Shown: piece after piece, positions 41,448 through 55,206 of the stretch
Layout of the letters: each line of letters starts with the position of its first letter
How positions within the stretch are numbered: the stretch's first letter is position 1
Origin: Octopus vulgaris
Taxonomy: Eukaryota
Direction: 5' to 3'
NCBI GenBank assembly: GCA_951406725.2
Contig: OX597819.1
Coordinates: forward strand, 24,552,001 to 24,616,000
DNA length: 64,000 nt
The notes under the pieces: generated by a model
What the model was told of the DNA's origin: nothing
The model's input: only the letters and a program-made list of their open reading frames with translations
Databases searched by the model: none
Position numbers and translations under genes: made by a program

Positions 41448-41832
41448 TGGAGGCGCAATGGCCCAGTGGTTAGGGCAGCGGACTCGCGGTCATAGGATCG
41501 CGGTTTCGATTCCCAGACCGGGCGTTATGAGTGTTTATTGAGCGAAAACACTTAAAAGCTCCACGAGGCTCCGACAGGGGATGGTGGTGATCCCTGCTGT
41601 ACTCTTTCACCACAGCTTTCTCTCACTCTTTCTTCCTGTTTCTGTTGTACCTGTATTTCAAGGGGGCCGGCCTTGTCACTCTCTGTGTCACGCTGAATAT
41701 CCCCGAGAACTACGTTAAGGGTGCACGTGTCTGTGGAGTGCTCAGCCACTTACACGTTAATTTCACGAGCAGGCTGTTCCATTGATTCGGATCAACAGGA
41801 ACCCTCATCGTCGTAACCGACGGAGTGCTTCC
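41448..41832 (+). mobile_element. Young SINE family C
   Basis: TSD ACATTAATCAATGC (41434-41447, 41837-41850). Confidence 0.95.
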
Positions 41833-41898
41833 GTCCACATTAATCAATGCACCACCTTTTTCTTTTTTACTCTTACATGTCATACGAGGCAATTGGGT

Positions 41899-42280
41899 GG
41901 AAGCACTCCGTCGGTTACGACGACGAGGGTTCCGGTTGATCCGATCAACGGAACAGCCTGCTCGTGAAATTAACGTGTAAGTGGCTGAGCACTCCACAGA
42001 CACGTGTACCCTTAACGTAGTTCTCGGGGATATTCAGCGTGACACAGAGAGTGACAAGGCCGGCCCTTTGAAATACAGGTACAACAGAAACAGGAAGTAA
42101 GAGTGAGAGAAAGTTGTGGTGAAAGAGTACAGCAGGGATCACCACCATCCCTGCTGGAGCCTCGTGGAGCTTTAGGTGTCTTCGCTCAATAAACACTCAC
42201 AACGCCCGGTCTGGGAATCGAAACCGCGATCCTACGACCGCTAGTCCGCTGCCCTAACCACTGGGCCATTGCGCCTCCAC
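41899..42280 (-). mobile_element. Young SINE family C
   Basis: TSD ACGAGGCAATT (41884-41894, 42281-42291). Confidence 0.95.
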
Positions 42281-42464
42281 ACGAGGCAATTATGACTGCT
42301 ATTTCTAGAGACAGCGAGGGAACACTTGTTCAAATCATTGAGAGAAGCATTACGAGAGTTTCCCTTATTTGAGAAGTGTCTAAAAAATAAATTCACGAGT
42401 TTCTACGAGTAACTATAAATGAATGAGCTACGGCTGGAATTTGTGGGAATATCTTTAGTTTTTA

Positions 42465-42637
42465 CCCTTTTACTTGTTCTGTTCACTGGACTACGGCCAT
42501 GCTGAGGCACTGCTTTGACTAGTCTAGCCAAACAAATCGATCCCAGTACATTTTTGGCGAACCGCTAAGTTGCAGGGACATAAACATACCAGCATCGGTT
42601 GTCAAGCGATGCTAGGGGGACAAACACAGACACACAA

Positions 42638-42736
<99 letters not shown>

Positions 42737-42903
42737 TACGACGGACTTCTTTCAGTTTCCGTTTACCAAATCCACTCACCAAGGCTTTGGTCGGCCCGAG
42801 GCTATAGTAGAAGACACTTTCCCAAGATGCCACATAGTGGGGCTGAACCCGGAACCATGTAGTTGGTAAGCAAGCTATTTACCACACAGCCACTCCTACG
42901 CCT
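42465..42903 (-). mobile_element. SINE family B
   Basis: Tail, expanded internal CA/TA tract and head. Confidence 0.85.
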
Positions 42904-43158
42904 ATACATAATATATACATATTATAAAAGTAATTTTAAAAATATACAGCACAGTAGTGTTTCTACTTCGCGGATTGTCACCTATCGCGGGTTTTTTTTT
43001 AGACGGTAACACACGCGATAGTCGATTGATTACTGTATATTTAAATGTTAGTCATCGTAAAACCGGTGGTGTAAAACTCAAAGTAAAAACGTCGAATGTC
43101 ACTCATTAATTATGGAGGGGAAGTATGTACATTTGAGTGTGTATATATATATATATAA

Positions 43159-43203
<45 letters not shown>

Positions 43204-43205
<2 letters not shown>

Positions 43206-43432
43206 GGAGTAAACACATAAATGTGAAACAAAGTGGAAAAAAGAGCACTCAAATACCAGTGGTAGAGTAATATGCTTTATTTAAAGCAGCAGAAAATTCA
43301 ACAAGATCTGTTACTCTGAGTTTCTCGTTGCCGTTCATCAGACAGTTTTTTTCTAGAAAAAACTGTCTGATGAACGGCAACGAGAAACTCAGAGTAACAG
43401 ATTTTGTTGAATTTTCTGCTGCTTTAAATAAA

Positions 43433-43437
<5 letters not shown>
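43204..43437. mobile_element. Palindromic Penelope-like pseudo-LTR element in (TA)n with a hammerhead on each strand
   Basis: ~82-bp arms (43270-43437) centred on TCTAGA; the minus-strand arm extends to 43204. Confidence 0.8.
43363..43400 (+). ncRNA. Type I hammerhead ribozyme motif (mirror copy at 43308-43345, minus)
   Basis: CTGT-CTGATGA-A-CG-GCAA-CG-A-GAAA-CTC-A-GAG-TA-ACAG; GUA cleavage triplet at 43394-43396; stem I CTGT/ACAG. Confidence 0.75.
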
Positions 43438-43468
<31 letters not shown>

Positions 43469-43815
43469 GTATGTATGTATATACATGAATACATGTATGA
43501 GTATATTTGTATGTATACGCGTTTTACGTGTGTATTTCTACATTTGCTTTTGTGTGCGCAATCTTTGTAAACCATTCGAGGTAAAGAAAATAAAAAAGCA
43601 CAAAAAGACTAAACATTACCCTCGTTTTATTGTTGTTTTCTTTTTTTATCCTGTTATTAGTCTAGTTTATAACCGTATAACTAAGTTTACACATTTTGAT
43701 TTGTATCGCTTTCGCCGTTCGTCCAAAACTTAACAACTAAACTTTCATCAAGAGTCGTCATATTACACTACTCTCGCTCCGTATTCATTCCATACATACC
43801 ACCGAATGGATACCG

Positions 43816-43816
<1 letters not shown>

Positions 43817-43863
<47 letters not shown>

Positions 43864-43888
43864 GTTATTGTTATTATTATTATTATTA

Positions 43889-43949
<61 letters not shown>

Positions 43950-43955
43950 TATTAT
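43817..43955. repeat. (ATT)n microsatellite
   Basis: Direct reading. Confidence 0.97.
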
Positions 43956-44854
43956 ATATAATTGACTATTGTTATTAAGAAGCGCGTGTGCTTTTCTACT
44001 TCGCAATTCTTTAATTAAGCAGTTTATTCAACCATTAAATCATTAACGAGATCAAATATGTATATGTTAAAATGAAGAGTTTAATTATTGAATAGATGTT
44101 AAAAGAGAATTAACGAAGGCAATTTGAAAAAAACGTATTTATACAAAGCAACAGCTGGGCAGAGTCGATAGAGCAATGGAGGACACGCCTTTGCTTATAT
44201 TTTATTTTTTCTTTCATTTGTTTCTGTCATTGGACTGCGGCCATGCTGGGGTACCACCTTGAACGGTTCAGTGGAACAAAGTGACTCTTTTTTTTTTTTT
44301 AATCCTGGCAAATATACTATCGGTCGCTTTTCCCGAACCGCTCGGTTGAGGGAACATGGGAACATATACAAATTAAGACCGGTTGTGAAGCGATGGTGGG
44401 GGAACAAGCACACACACACACACACAAAAAAAAAACTAACTTAAATTTTGTTTATGCCTAAACATTACTTAGCGCTAACGTTTCGTTATTTTCCTCGATC
44501 GGCTGATCTCCGAGAGCAAATCGGCCAATATTGTGGAGCGAATTATACATAAAGCTATTACTTTATAAGTTCGTTCAGAGTTGTCTCTCTTAAGTACATC
44601 TCATTGACAAGAGCTAAGAAGTTTGAAACATCGATGTCCGGGATTCCTAATAGATGGCGACACTGAACGAACCGGGTGTTTTCACACGTTTTTACCATCA
44701 GAAATATATATTCTCTACGGTAACTGCAGTGTATTTGCCTTTTAGCAGTTGAAAAATGTCACAAACATATTTCAACTAACCTAAAACCTGTTTATGTTTA
44801 AACACTGCTTAGCGCTCACATTTACTATATATATATATATATATATATAAATAT

Positions 44855-45472
<618 letters not shown>

Positions 45473-46096
45473 TACACACATTTTCAAAAATATATTCAAA
45501 CGTAAAAGAGCATCTTTGTTGAGATGAAAATACGAATGAGATAGTGTTATCAGTGAGCAGGAACATAACTGATAATGTACCAAAGTCTAATATACTTTCA
45601 TTATGTATACGTTGAGGGTGTCGTACTTGCAGAATTGTTAGCGGGTCGGACAAGATGTGCAATTGCATTTTCTTTCGACTCTGCGTTCTTGGTTCAACTT
45701 CCGCCGATGTCGACTTTGCCTTTCATGGTTTCAGGACATAAAATAACTACAGACGGAGCGATGTAATAGATTTACTTACCTTCCTAGAAAAATTGATGGC
45801 CTTAGGCCAGAGCTTGAAACCACTAAATATGCTCTCGTGGCTGAACTGTGAAAGTAACGAAAAAAATATTTTACGCGATTTGTTCCGAATTTTTACGTTC
45901 TGAGTTCAAATCTCGACGAGCTCAACTTTGACTTCCATTCTTCTGGGATTGGTATATGAAGTACATAATTTCAAAATAGGGAACTGGAAAAAATAATTAG
46001 ACTGTCGAACGGGATGCTGTATAGTATTTATTCAGTCTTATTATGTTGATCAGATGTTTTCGATGCTAATATTATCGCGAGTAAATATAGACATCC

Positions 46097-46512
46097 TCTT
46101 TTACTCTTTTACTCTTTTACTTGTTTCAGTCATTTGACTTCGGCCATGTTGGAGCACCGCCTTTAGTCGAGCAAATTGACCCCGGAACTTATTCTTTGTA
46201 AGCCCAGTACTTATTCTATTGGTCTCTTTTGCCAAACCGCTAAGTTACGGAAACGTAAACACACCAGCATCGGTTGTCAAGCAATGCTAGGGGGATAAAC
46301 ACAAACACACAGACATATACACACACATACATATATATATACATATATACGACGGGCTTCTTTCAGTTTCCGTCTACCAAATCCACTCACAAGGCATCGG
46401 TCGGCCCGGGGCTATAGCAGAAGACACTTGCCCAAGGTGCCACGCAGTGGGACTGAACCCGGAACCATGTGGTTGGTAAGCAAGCTACTTACCACACAGC
46501 CACTCCTGCGCC
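46097..46512 (-). mobile_element. Full-length young SINE family B flanked by a ~140-bp direct repeat
   Basis: Near consensus; flanks 45953-46096 and 46513-46653 are near-identical. Confidence 0.95.
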
Positions 46513-47214
46513 TATATAAAGTACATAATTTCAAAATAGGGAACTGGAAAAAATAATTAGACTGTCGAACGGGATGCTGTATAGTATTTATTCAGTCTTA
46601 TATTGATCAGATGTTTTTGATGCTAATATTATCGCGAGTAAATATAGACATCCGCACAGATTTCTTATATTTGACCCAGCGGAACATCGAGAATATGATA
46701 GTTGGGAAATGAGAAAGCTGTGCCATCATCACTGATGTAGTTTTTGCTTTTCTCATGATTCCTAAGGGAGTGTAGCTGCTTTTGGACTAGGTAAACTGAT
46801 GTCGCTAATGCGGAGAAATAGTGGCATATATCTTGAAAAACATTCGGTGCATCTTTTAAAGAAGGTATATGTTTGTATATTGAGAGATTAGCCTCGTCCT
46901 ACAAAATTACCAGGGTGAGAACGTTTCTGTATAGAGGGCAAACAAACCCTGAAGTAGTTGCGGGAGCCGACATCGAGCGTGCAGGGACAACTTCTTTTTT
47001 TTGCGTCCCTATATAGCCAGTTGTGACCATAAGTCAGCTATCAGTTATTCGTGAATGAGTAAACTGGAGCAGCCTAAAAGGATGAGCCTTACTCAAGTTA
47101 AAAAAAAAAAAAAGCACCAACCGGTACAGAGATTGAGCATACGAACGTTTATGGTGACGTCAACAGCCTAACCGCAAGGACATACCCCTTCACATGTTCA
47201 TTTGTATACAATTC

Positions 47215-47600
47215 GTGGAGGCGCAATGGCCCAGTGGTTAGGGCAGCGGACTCGCGGTCGTAGGATCGCGGTTTCGATTCCCAGACCGGGCGTTGTGAGT
47301 GTTTATTGAGCGAAAACACCTAAAAAAGCTCCACGAGGCTCCGGCAGGGGATGGTGGTGATCCCTGCTGTACTCTTTCACCACAACTTTCTCTCACTCTT
47401 ACTTCCTGTTTCTGTTGTACCTGTATTTCAAAGGGCCGGCCTTGTCACTCTCTGTGTCACGCTGAATATCCCCGAGAACTACGTTAAGGGTACACGTGTC
47501 TGTGGAATGCTCAGCCACTTACACGTTAATTTCACGAGCAGGCTGTTCCGTTGATCGGATCAACCGGAACCCTCGTCGTCGTAACCGACGGAGTGCTTCC
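47215..47600 (+). mobile_element. Young SINE family C
   Basis: TSD GTATACAATT. Confidence 0.95.
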
Positions 47601-48142
47601 AAGTATACAATTAAATTGATAATTTCTTGTGATATAGCTGTATCCATATTACTTCTATGCTATATAGATTACATCCATTACTGGTTATATTGCTTGAATA
47701 TCGAATATGATCTGTTTCTAGTATTTGGCTGAAAATTTCGTTCAAAGAAACAGATAGAAAGGAAGAGATATCGCCATAATGTTCATTTGTGATGCTTTAC
47801 ACGGAAATCATTGAATATGAATTTCTATTCCTATGGCCTTTTATGGAATGCCACTGTCTTAGAAACGGGATGCGGGGGTAGGGAAAACTTGGTTAATTCT
47901 TTGTATCATTCGAAGTGATAACAGAACTAGCACGTTTGATAATAGGATTCTTAGATTTCGGGATTCTGTAAGAGATGAGTGGAGGCGTGAAGACGTGAGG
48001 ACACATGCCCACCCAACATATATATAATGTATGTATGTATATGTATATATATATATATATATATATGTGTGTATGTATGCATATGTATATGCATGTTTGT
48101 TTGTATCTATCTATCTGTCTAACTATCTATCTATCTAGCTAT

Positions 48143-48228
<86 letters not shown>

Positions 48229-49076
48229 GTGTGTGTATGTATATTGTATGCATATAGCTATCTATGAATATATACATATATATATTTACACACACGCACA
48301 CACACACATTTCATTTTTATATTTGATTTGAAACCTTCTTGATGTGAATTTATGCGTTGAAACAAATTTTGCTGTGTCTAGGGAGGGTCATTATGCCATT
48401 AATTAAAATAAACATATGCACTGGTTCAATACCACTTCTGTGTTTTACTAACTAACTATTCAATTGTTTGTTTAATGTGTTGTTTGGACAATCAATCGTT
48501 TGTTAGATTTCTCTTTCAGAGTCATTTCGTCGTTATTCGCAACCTCATCAATATCATACTCTCACTCTTCAAGGCCTTCTTGGAATCCGTCTGAGAACTA
48601 GTCTTAAATACATATATATAACGAAAAGAAACTGAAAATGCAGGAGTCTTTTAAAAGTATTTATTAACTTAACCGACTTCACTTATTAAAAAAATTTCAA
48701 AAGTAACGTGCGGTGTCAAAAATTGGTTTAGAAAAATGTATTCAAGTCAAGCGATAGAGTCTTTGACAATGATAAGAAAAGGTTTGGAGCCTTGTCTATC
48801 CTCTGTGATGAGTCAAAAATTAGTTTACATAACATTCAGATTAGGTAATATTTCTTTTTATAATGATAAAAAAATGACAATTAAATTATATGAATATTTT
48901 CCGATCAAGTAATAGTCTTTGACAAGAAGATAAAATATGTCACAGACCATTTAAAGTTCGCGGATCTCGCTTCTAGAGATCTCAGCATCTGGCTGGAGTT
49001 TGGCAGTATTAAACAGAGTTGCAATATTTTTTGTATATAAAACTTCCTTTTATCTAAAAAGGATAAATATTAATAA

Positions 49077-49443
49077 CTAGCAGTATCGCCCGGCGTTGCT
49101 CGGGTTTGTAAGGGAAATAACTATATAAGCATTTTTAGAGAGTTATGGAAAAAAAAATTATGGTAAATTTTTTTTTTAAATCGTTGATTCATCGTAGACA
49201 TTGTTAGAGAGTTACTTCCCTTATATAATAGCGAAAAAATGCATTAAAATTGAAAAAAATGATGGTAAATTTTTTTTTAAATCGTAGACTCATCGTAGAC
49301 GCGCGCTAATACCCAGAGGGGCTCCATATGAATCACGACTATACGATACCCGGTTTTGGTTAAACTGCACCGCAAAATGTGGGAGTAGTTAGGAATCTAA
49401 ATCGTAGGAGACAGACACGCAACCTTACTTTTATATATAAAGA
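49077..49443 (-). mobile_element. Non-autonomous Helitron (family 1)
   Basis: CTAGCAGTATCGCCCGGCGTTGCTCGGG ... CTTTTATATATAAAGA. Confidence 0.9.
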
Positions 49444-50807
49444 TTATATATAGAGATATATACCCTTAAATACCAAAGTCATCCAGCATTCGTTTTCAGG
49501 TGTAAAAACAGTGTGGGTGGCTGATGGTCACAGGTCAGAATGGAGTTGACGATTGATAAAAAGGTTTTCGGTGCGTTTATATGTCTGACGTATAAGTAAT
49601 GAAGGGTGTTTATTTGCGTCTAAGTTTATTTGTGTGTATGTATGTGCGCGAAAGTTACGTTGTTTCGTATTCGAATACGTTCATGTAAATAATGCGATCG
49701 AATTTTGATATGATACACAGATGTAGATTAAAGTTTTCACCAATGCTCTCAAAGAAAAGCAGAATACTTTATAATCACTTACTTTTAACGAAGATAATTG
49801 AATGGAGGCAGTTAATGGGGAGAGAAGAGAGAGAGAGAGAAGAATCAAGACACAAAAACGGAGAGAAAGAGAGATGCAGACAGACAGGCAGAGAAGAGCA
49901 AGAAATCGAGGCTCCGAGTTAGAGAAAATGTCATAATGATACAGAGTAAACCAGAAAAGCTGGAAACAGAAAGAGGGGTGGGGTAGTAAGACGTTAAAAA
50001 CGTTATCAAACAGTGTAAGATTACATAAAAATGGCTAGCTCAGTGAATGAAAATTGGTTGAATTTCTAAGCAATAAAAGAAAGTTCAAAATCACACTTTG
50101 GTGAAAATATATTAAAATTCCAATTTTATAAAATTATTTATACAATGCAGGCTTTAATAATTACTTTCTTCCCATGTATGTTACATAATCCTAGCTATTA
50201 ATAAGCTGCTTTCTCCATTATGGTGTACGTATTTATTTAGAAAACCAGGAGAGGATGTTTGTAAAGCGCAATTTGGGGAAAGACGGATGTCAAGCTACAA
50301 AATATTGGTCTAAACTATGATTCAAATCCTAAATATTTACATTGGTCATTGGATTTGGCTGTTATCTTTTGAGATAGCAATTTAGCCCACACATCTTCAC
50401 CTTCAGTCACAAAAAATCTTAGCTTCGGAAATAATTCTTTAATTAATAGCACTTCATTGATTATTTTTAACAACACCTTTTCTTTTACCATTCATTCCGC
50501 CTTCCTGCTTGATACTTGAAAGTCACCAGTTCCAAAGAAATATTAGATTCATACCGGTAACAGTGCTTTAAGAAGACACCTGCAGCCTCTTATTAATAGA
50601 TATTTGATACAATCATCCGCTGTTGGAACGACAAATTGCATCAAGTATGACTTCCTTCATATGTAATACTCGTCCCGAAAATTTATACATGACGTAAAAT
50701 TTCAATTGTTCTGAGAATAAAGATAGATATTTATAAATGTACTACGTATAAATACATACACAGATATATGTATACATATGCAGAGACACATACACACATT
50801 CGCACAA

Positions 50808-50894
<87 letters not shown>

Positions 50895-50979
50895 ATAGAT
50901 ATTTGTAGTATATATGTGCATGTGTGTGTGTGTTTGTGCTTGTGGTATTCTTTTACATATACTTCAAAGGTCATGGACC

Positions 50980-51026
50980 TTCATCTGAAGAGCTGCTGTA
51001 TATATAACGAAATTAACGACTATGAA
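50980..51026 (+). ncRNA. Degenerate hammerhead-like motif
   Basis: TTCAT-CTGAAGA-G..C-GAAA-TTAACG-ACT-ATGAA; perfect 5-bp stem I, but weak stem II and no NUH triplet. Confidence 0.4.
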
Positions 51027-51147
51027 AAAGAACTCCTCGTATGTTTGAATGTGTATATATGTTTGTGCGTGTATTTTCTATATATATATATATGTGCGTA
51101 TGTAGGTAATATATAATGTACTGTGTCTGTACACGCTCACACTTGTG

Positions 51148-51392
51148 TGGAGGCGCGTTGTCTAGTGGTTGGTGCATTGCACTTATGATAATATGACTGT
51201 GGTTTCGATTCCCGGATCAAGCGATGCTTTTTGTTCTTGAGTAAAACACTTCGTTTCACGTTGCTCCGTCCACTCCCGTAGTAAAAATGGGTAATCCCTG
51301 CGACGCACAGGCGTTCCTCTATGGGGCGGAATATATACAATCTGGGAGATTGCCCTTATGAGCTTATCGCTCTGGAAGGAGCTTTGATCCTT
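51148..51392 (+). mobile_element. Old tRNA-derived SINE (CORE/V-like)
   Basis: GTGGAGGCGCG..CTAGTGG, GGTTTCGATTCCC, TTCTTGAGTAAAACACTT, CCCTTATGAGC. Confidence 0.6.
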
Positions 51393-51808
51393 TATGTGTG
51401 TGTGAGTGTGCTGTGTGTGTATATGTGTGTGGTTTGTGCGTGTGTGTGTTCGTGTGTGTCTGTGTGTAGTTTGAGTGTGTGTCTGTGTGTATTATTTGTT
51501 TTACATATAATTTGTCAGTCATTCGGCATTCAAACGATAAACCTTTCAACTACTGTCGAACTACGAACTATTTGACGAACTTTCGCCTCTTCGAGTTTAC
51601 AATTACATGAATTAACCCCAGTCATATGAGCAATTATAATTAATTAGAATGCTTAAGCCATCAATAATGACAGCTGATATCTTAAAAAAACTTTGCGATC
51701 ATTATATTTTTGTTTGTAAGTATGAATATTTGAATTTTTCAGGATGGGGAGTTATTGAAATGGATACATGATGAAATTTGCAAATGAGTATAAGGATGTA
51801 AAATATAT

Positions 51809-52134
51809 GAGACCCCTCTTCGGTCACGACACTGACCATGGGATTGCACCTAGAAAGTTACCCTCCCAGACACAAGTCCGGGCAAGGTTGTTTAAGGAAG
51901 ACCAGCAGTCGCCCATGCATACCGGCCTCCTCTCACCACACCACTGATGTTATCCAAGGGAAAGGCAAAGGGGCCGATACAGCTTGGCACCTGTGACGTC
52001 GCAACTCATTTCTACAGCTGAGTGAACTGGAGCAATGTGAAATAAAGTGTCTTGCTCAAGAACACAATACGCAGCCCGGTCCGGTATTCGAGCTCACAAC
52101 CTCACGATCGTAAGCTCGATGCTCTAACCGCTGT
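51809..52134 (-). mobile_element. tRNA-derived CORE-type SINE
   Basis: Minus strand GTGTTCTTGAGCAAGACACTTTATTTCACATTGCTCCAGTTCACTCAGCTG. Confidence 0.75.
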
Positions 52135-52184
52135 TAGTGTGTATGTGTGTGTGTGTATGTGTGTGTGCATGTATGTGTCTATAT

Positions 52185-52363
52185 CAGTGGTTTTCAACCA
52201 GGGTTCCGCAAGAAGTTACTAAACTGCTAAAATCGACAGTAATTTGTAAGTCTCCTGTGCAGATATGTGTGCATAAGACTATTAAACTATTGCACAGGGG
52301 TTCCCCGAGCCAGTGGAATGTTTCCTTGGGGTTCCACTCCAGCAAAAAGTTTGAAATGCACTG
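52185..52363. mobile_element. hAT (Charlie-like) MITE
   Basis: CAGTGGTTTTCAA ... TTGAAATGCACTG; 8-bp TSD GTCTATAT. Confidence 0.85.
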
Positions 52364-52648
52364 GTCTATATGTATGTGCATATATGTGTGTATGTGTGTG
52401 GTTTGTGTGTGGGAGGTATTTGTGCGTTCATGTGTGTGCATGGGTGCGTGTATTTGTGTGTGTGTATGCGTATGTATGTGTGTATGTGTGTATATATGTG
52501 TGCGTGTATGCAGCAATAAACTAAAATATAAAAACAAGGATCGATAAATAAAGGGGGGAAAGCGGAAAGGGTACAAGATGTAAAAAGATAACAAAAATTA
52601 TCAGATACAAAATAAAAATAAAAGATAAAGTAAAAGAATTAAAGGGAT

Positions 52649-53030
52649 AGGTGTAGGAGTGGTTGTGTGGTAAGTAGCTTGCTTACCAACCACATGGTTC
52701 CGGGTTCAGTCCCACTGCGTGGCACCTTGGGCAAATGTCTTCTACTATAGAACCGACCAAAGCCTTGTGAGTGGATTTGGTAGACGGAAACTGAAAGAAG
52801 TCTGTCGTATATATGTATATATATGTGTGTGTATGTGTTTGTCCCCACCAACATCGCTTGACAACCGATGCTGGTGTGTTTACGTCCCTGTAACTTAGCA
52901 GCTTGGCAAAAGAGACCGATAGAATAAGTACTAGGCTTACAAAGAATAAGTCCTAGGATCGATTTGCTCGACTAAAGGCGGTGCTTCAGCATGGCCACAG
53001 TAACATGACTGAAACAAATAAAAGAGTAAA
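52649..53030 (+). mobile_element. SINE family B
   Basis: Full length. Confidence 0.9.
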
Positions 53031-53249
53031 AAAGAAGATGATAAAATAGAAATGAATACAATTATAAAAAAATATAGCAATTAAGATATTAAACAATTCC
53101 ACGGAAAGAAAACGATCAAAAATCGAGAAAAGGGTAACAGTGTAAAAAAGTAAGTGGGTATAAGAGAGGATAAAATAAGATGAACCAAAACAAAATAAAA
53201 TAAAATAAAAAATAAAATAAGAAGTTGCTTTTTAAGGAGTTCATAGGGA

Positions 53250-54105
53250 CAGTCATTAAGTGGTGGGAGTCCGAAAGGAATTTGTATTTGTAGACTGAAA
53301 ATATAACGCTGTTCCAGGCCGAGTCGCGTGTGTGTGGATCCGTGGTGTAGAGCGAGGCCAAAGACGGAGATATTAGAGGGGAAGTGGTTGGCTAAGCGGA
53401 AATGACGGGCGACGTGGGTGTTCGTGCGTAGCCGGCGGCCCGTCTGACCAACGTTGAGTTGTATTACAGAGATTACAACTAATGCAATAAGGTGCAGGAA
53501 AAGGAGTTTCTAATGTGGAGAGTGTGCTGGTCGGATCCAATGACGGAGTTGGTGTTGGTGATGAAAGGGCAGGTGTGGCAGCGGGATCTAGAGCAAGGGA
53601 AGGATCCGGGTGGAGTTGGGCGGAGAAGAAAATGGTGCTACCACCAGCAGATCGCGTAAGTTACAGGCGCGTTTAAAAGAGGAAGAGTGGGTTGGGGAAA
53701 ATGAGGTATTTGGTGGGATCTAGCTGGAGACGACGGAAGGCCCGTAGGATCCTACGATGAAGGGGTTGGTTAGAGAGGTGGAAAAGGAGGGGAAAGGGGT
53801 GAGGTTGGAAGATTGGTGGGAGGAAGAGAGAGGGCGGTGGTGCTATCGATTAGACGAGCGCGGGCAAGAGCGGTTTGGACAAGGGTTGAGAGGTATCCCT
53901 GACGCATGAACATGCAGGCAAGGTACTGGAACTGAGTCTCGAAATGCTGGTCCTGGCTGCACAAGCATCGGAGGCGGATGGGCTGGGAATAGGGGATGGC
54001 CCGTTTGGTGTGGGAGGCATTGGAAGAGGAGAAGTTGTGGTAGAAGTGGGAATCTGTGGGTTTAAAGAAGGCGGATGTGGTGAGAGAGTAGGAGGGGAGG
54101 TCAAT
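53250..54105 (-). mobile_element. Decayed Penelope-like retroelement ORF (RT thumb, Cys linker, GIY-YIG C-terminus; Neptune-like)
   Basis: Hand translation: FFKPTDSHFYHNFSSSNASHTKRAIPYSQPIRLRCLCSQD; PGSFPCSRSRCHTCPFI; LEQRYIFSL..PFGL. Confidence 0.85.
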
Positions 54106-54159
54106 GGTAAGATATCTATCTTTCTTTCTATCTATCTCTCTCTCTCTCCCTCTCTCTCC

Positions 54160-54215
<56 letters not shown>

Positions 54216-54218
<3 letters not shown>

Positions 54219-54640
54219 CAAGATAAGAAAATGGAGAAATACATCTAAATCAAATATCAATTACCAGATAATACTCAATCACATACTTTATTAAACCATT
54301 ATACAACATTACTCTTTTATGTACATTCCTTTATGTACACTGATTTGTTCTGCTTTTTATATTTAACCCTACAGTCTCTTATGTGGTGGTTTAATAAAGT
54401 ATGTGATTGAGTATTATCTGGTAATTGATATTTGATTTAGATGTATTTCTCCATTTTCTTATCTTGTATTAGTATTTTGTGGTAAATCTTTTTACCTTTG
54501 CCCATATAATACAGTAAATGAATTGATTGCATCGCAATCATTAATATTTATGTATTAACTTTGTTGGGTACTTCACTAGCAGTGTATTGGATATATGTTA
54601 TCCCATAGAGGGTTGCATTTACAACCCCTATCCCAATTTG
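54216..54640. mobile_element. TA-embedded element with a perfect 83-bp inverted duplication
   Basis: Arms 54216-54298 and 54387-54469; the plus arm continues to ..CCCCTATCCCAATTTG|TATA. Confidence 0.7.
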
Positions 54641-54660
54641 TATATATATATATATATATA

Positions 54661-54875
54661 TGATCCCCACCCAAAAACGATGGAAAAACACAAGAAAAAG
54701 ACAACAACGCCAGGACGTGGTACATGCCATGTATTGAAAGACGCTCAGGGAAGGAAAGAAATGTTGTTTTCCGATTCAAGCAAAGCTCTTCTTAAGAAAC
54801 AGGAGACAGAGGAAATTCCAAGAGAAAAGGAAGACAGAGGGAAAAAATCGCCAACAATCCACATGTAGTTACATT
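54661..54875 (-). mobile_element. Diverged copy of the 30008-30206 PLE pseudo-LTR
   Basis: Shared AACGC.AGGACGTGG, GACGCTCAGG, AGCTCTTC..GAAAC and GAAGACAGAGG; hammerhead core decayed. Confidence 0.7.
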
Positions 54876-55146
54876 TCGAAAAACAAAAATGAAAAAAAAT
54901 CAAATATATATATATACACACAGACACAATATACGCGCGCGTACGCACCCATACACACATACGCACGCACAGACACTCACTCCCGCACGTACAAAAACAC
55001 ACGCACACACACACACAACACACACATATATACAAATACACTTAGCATATTCTATATGCTGATGTTAACGTAATTATATAAGGCACCATACCCGTAAGCA
55101 TGGGCTGGGATAAGAATATGTTAGTTCTAATATCATACATGTACGC

Positions 55147-55206
<60 letters not shown>

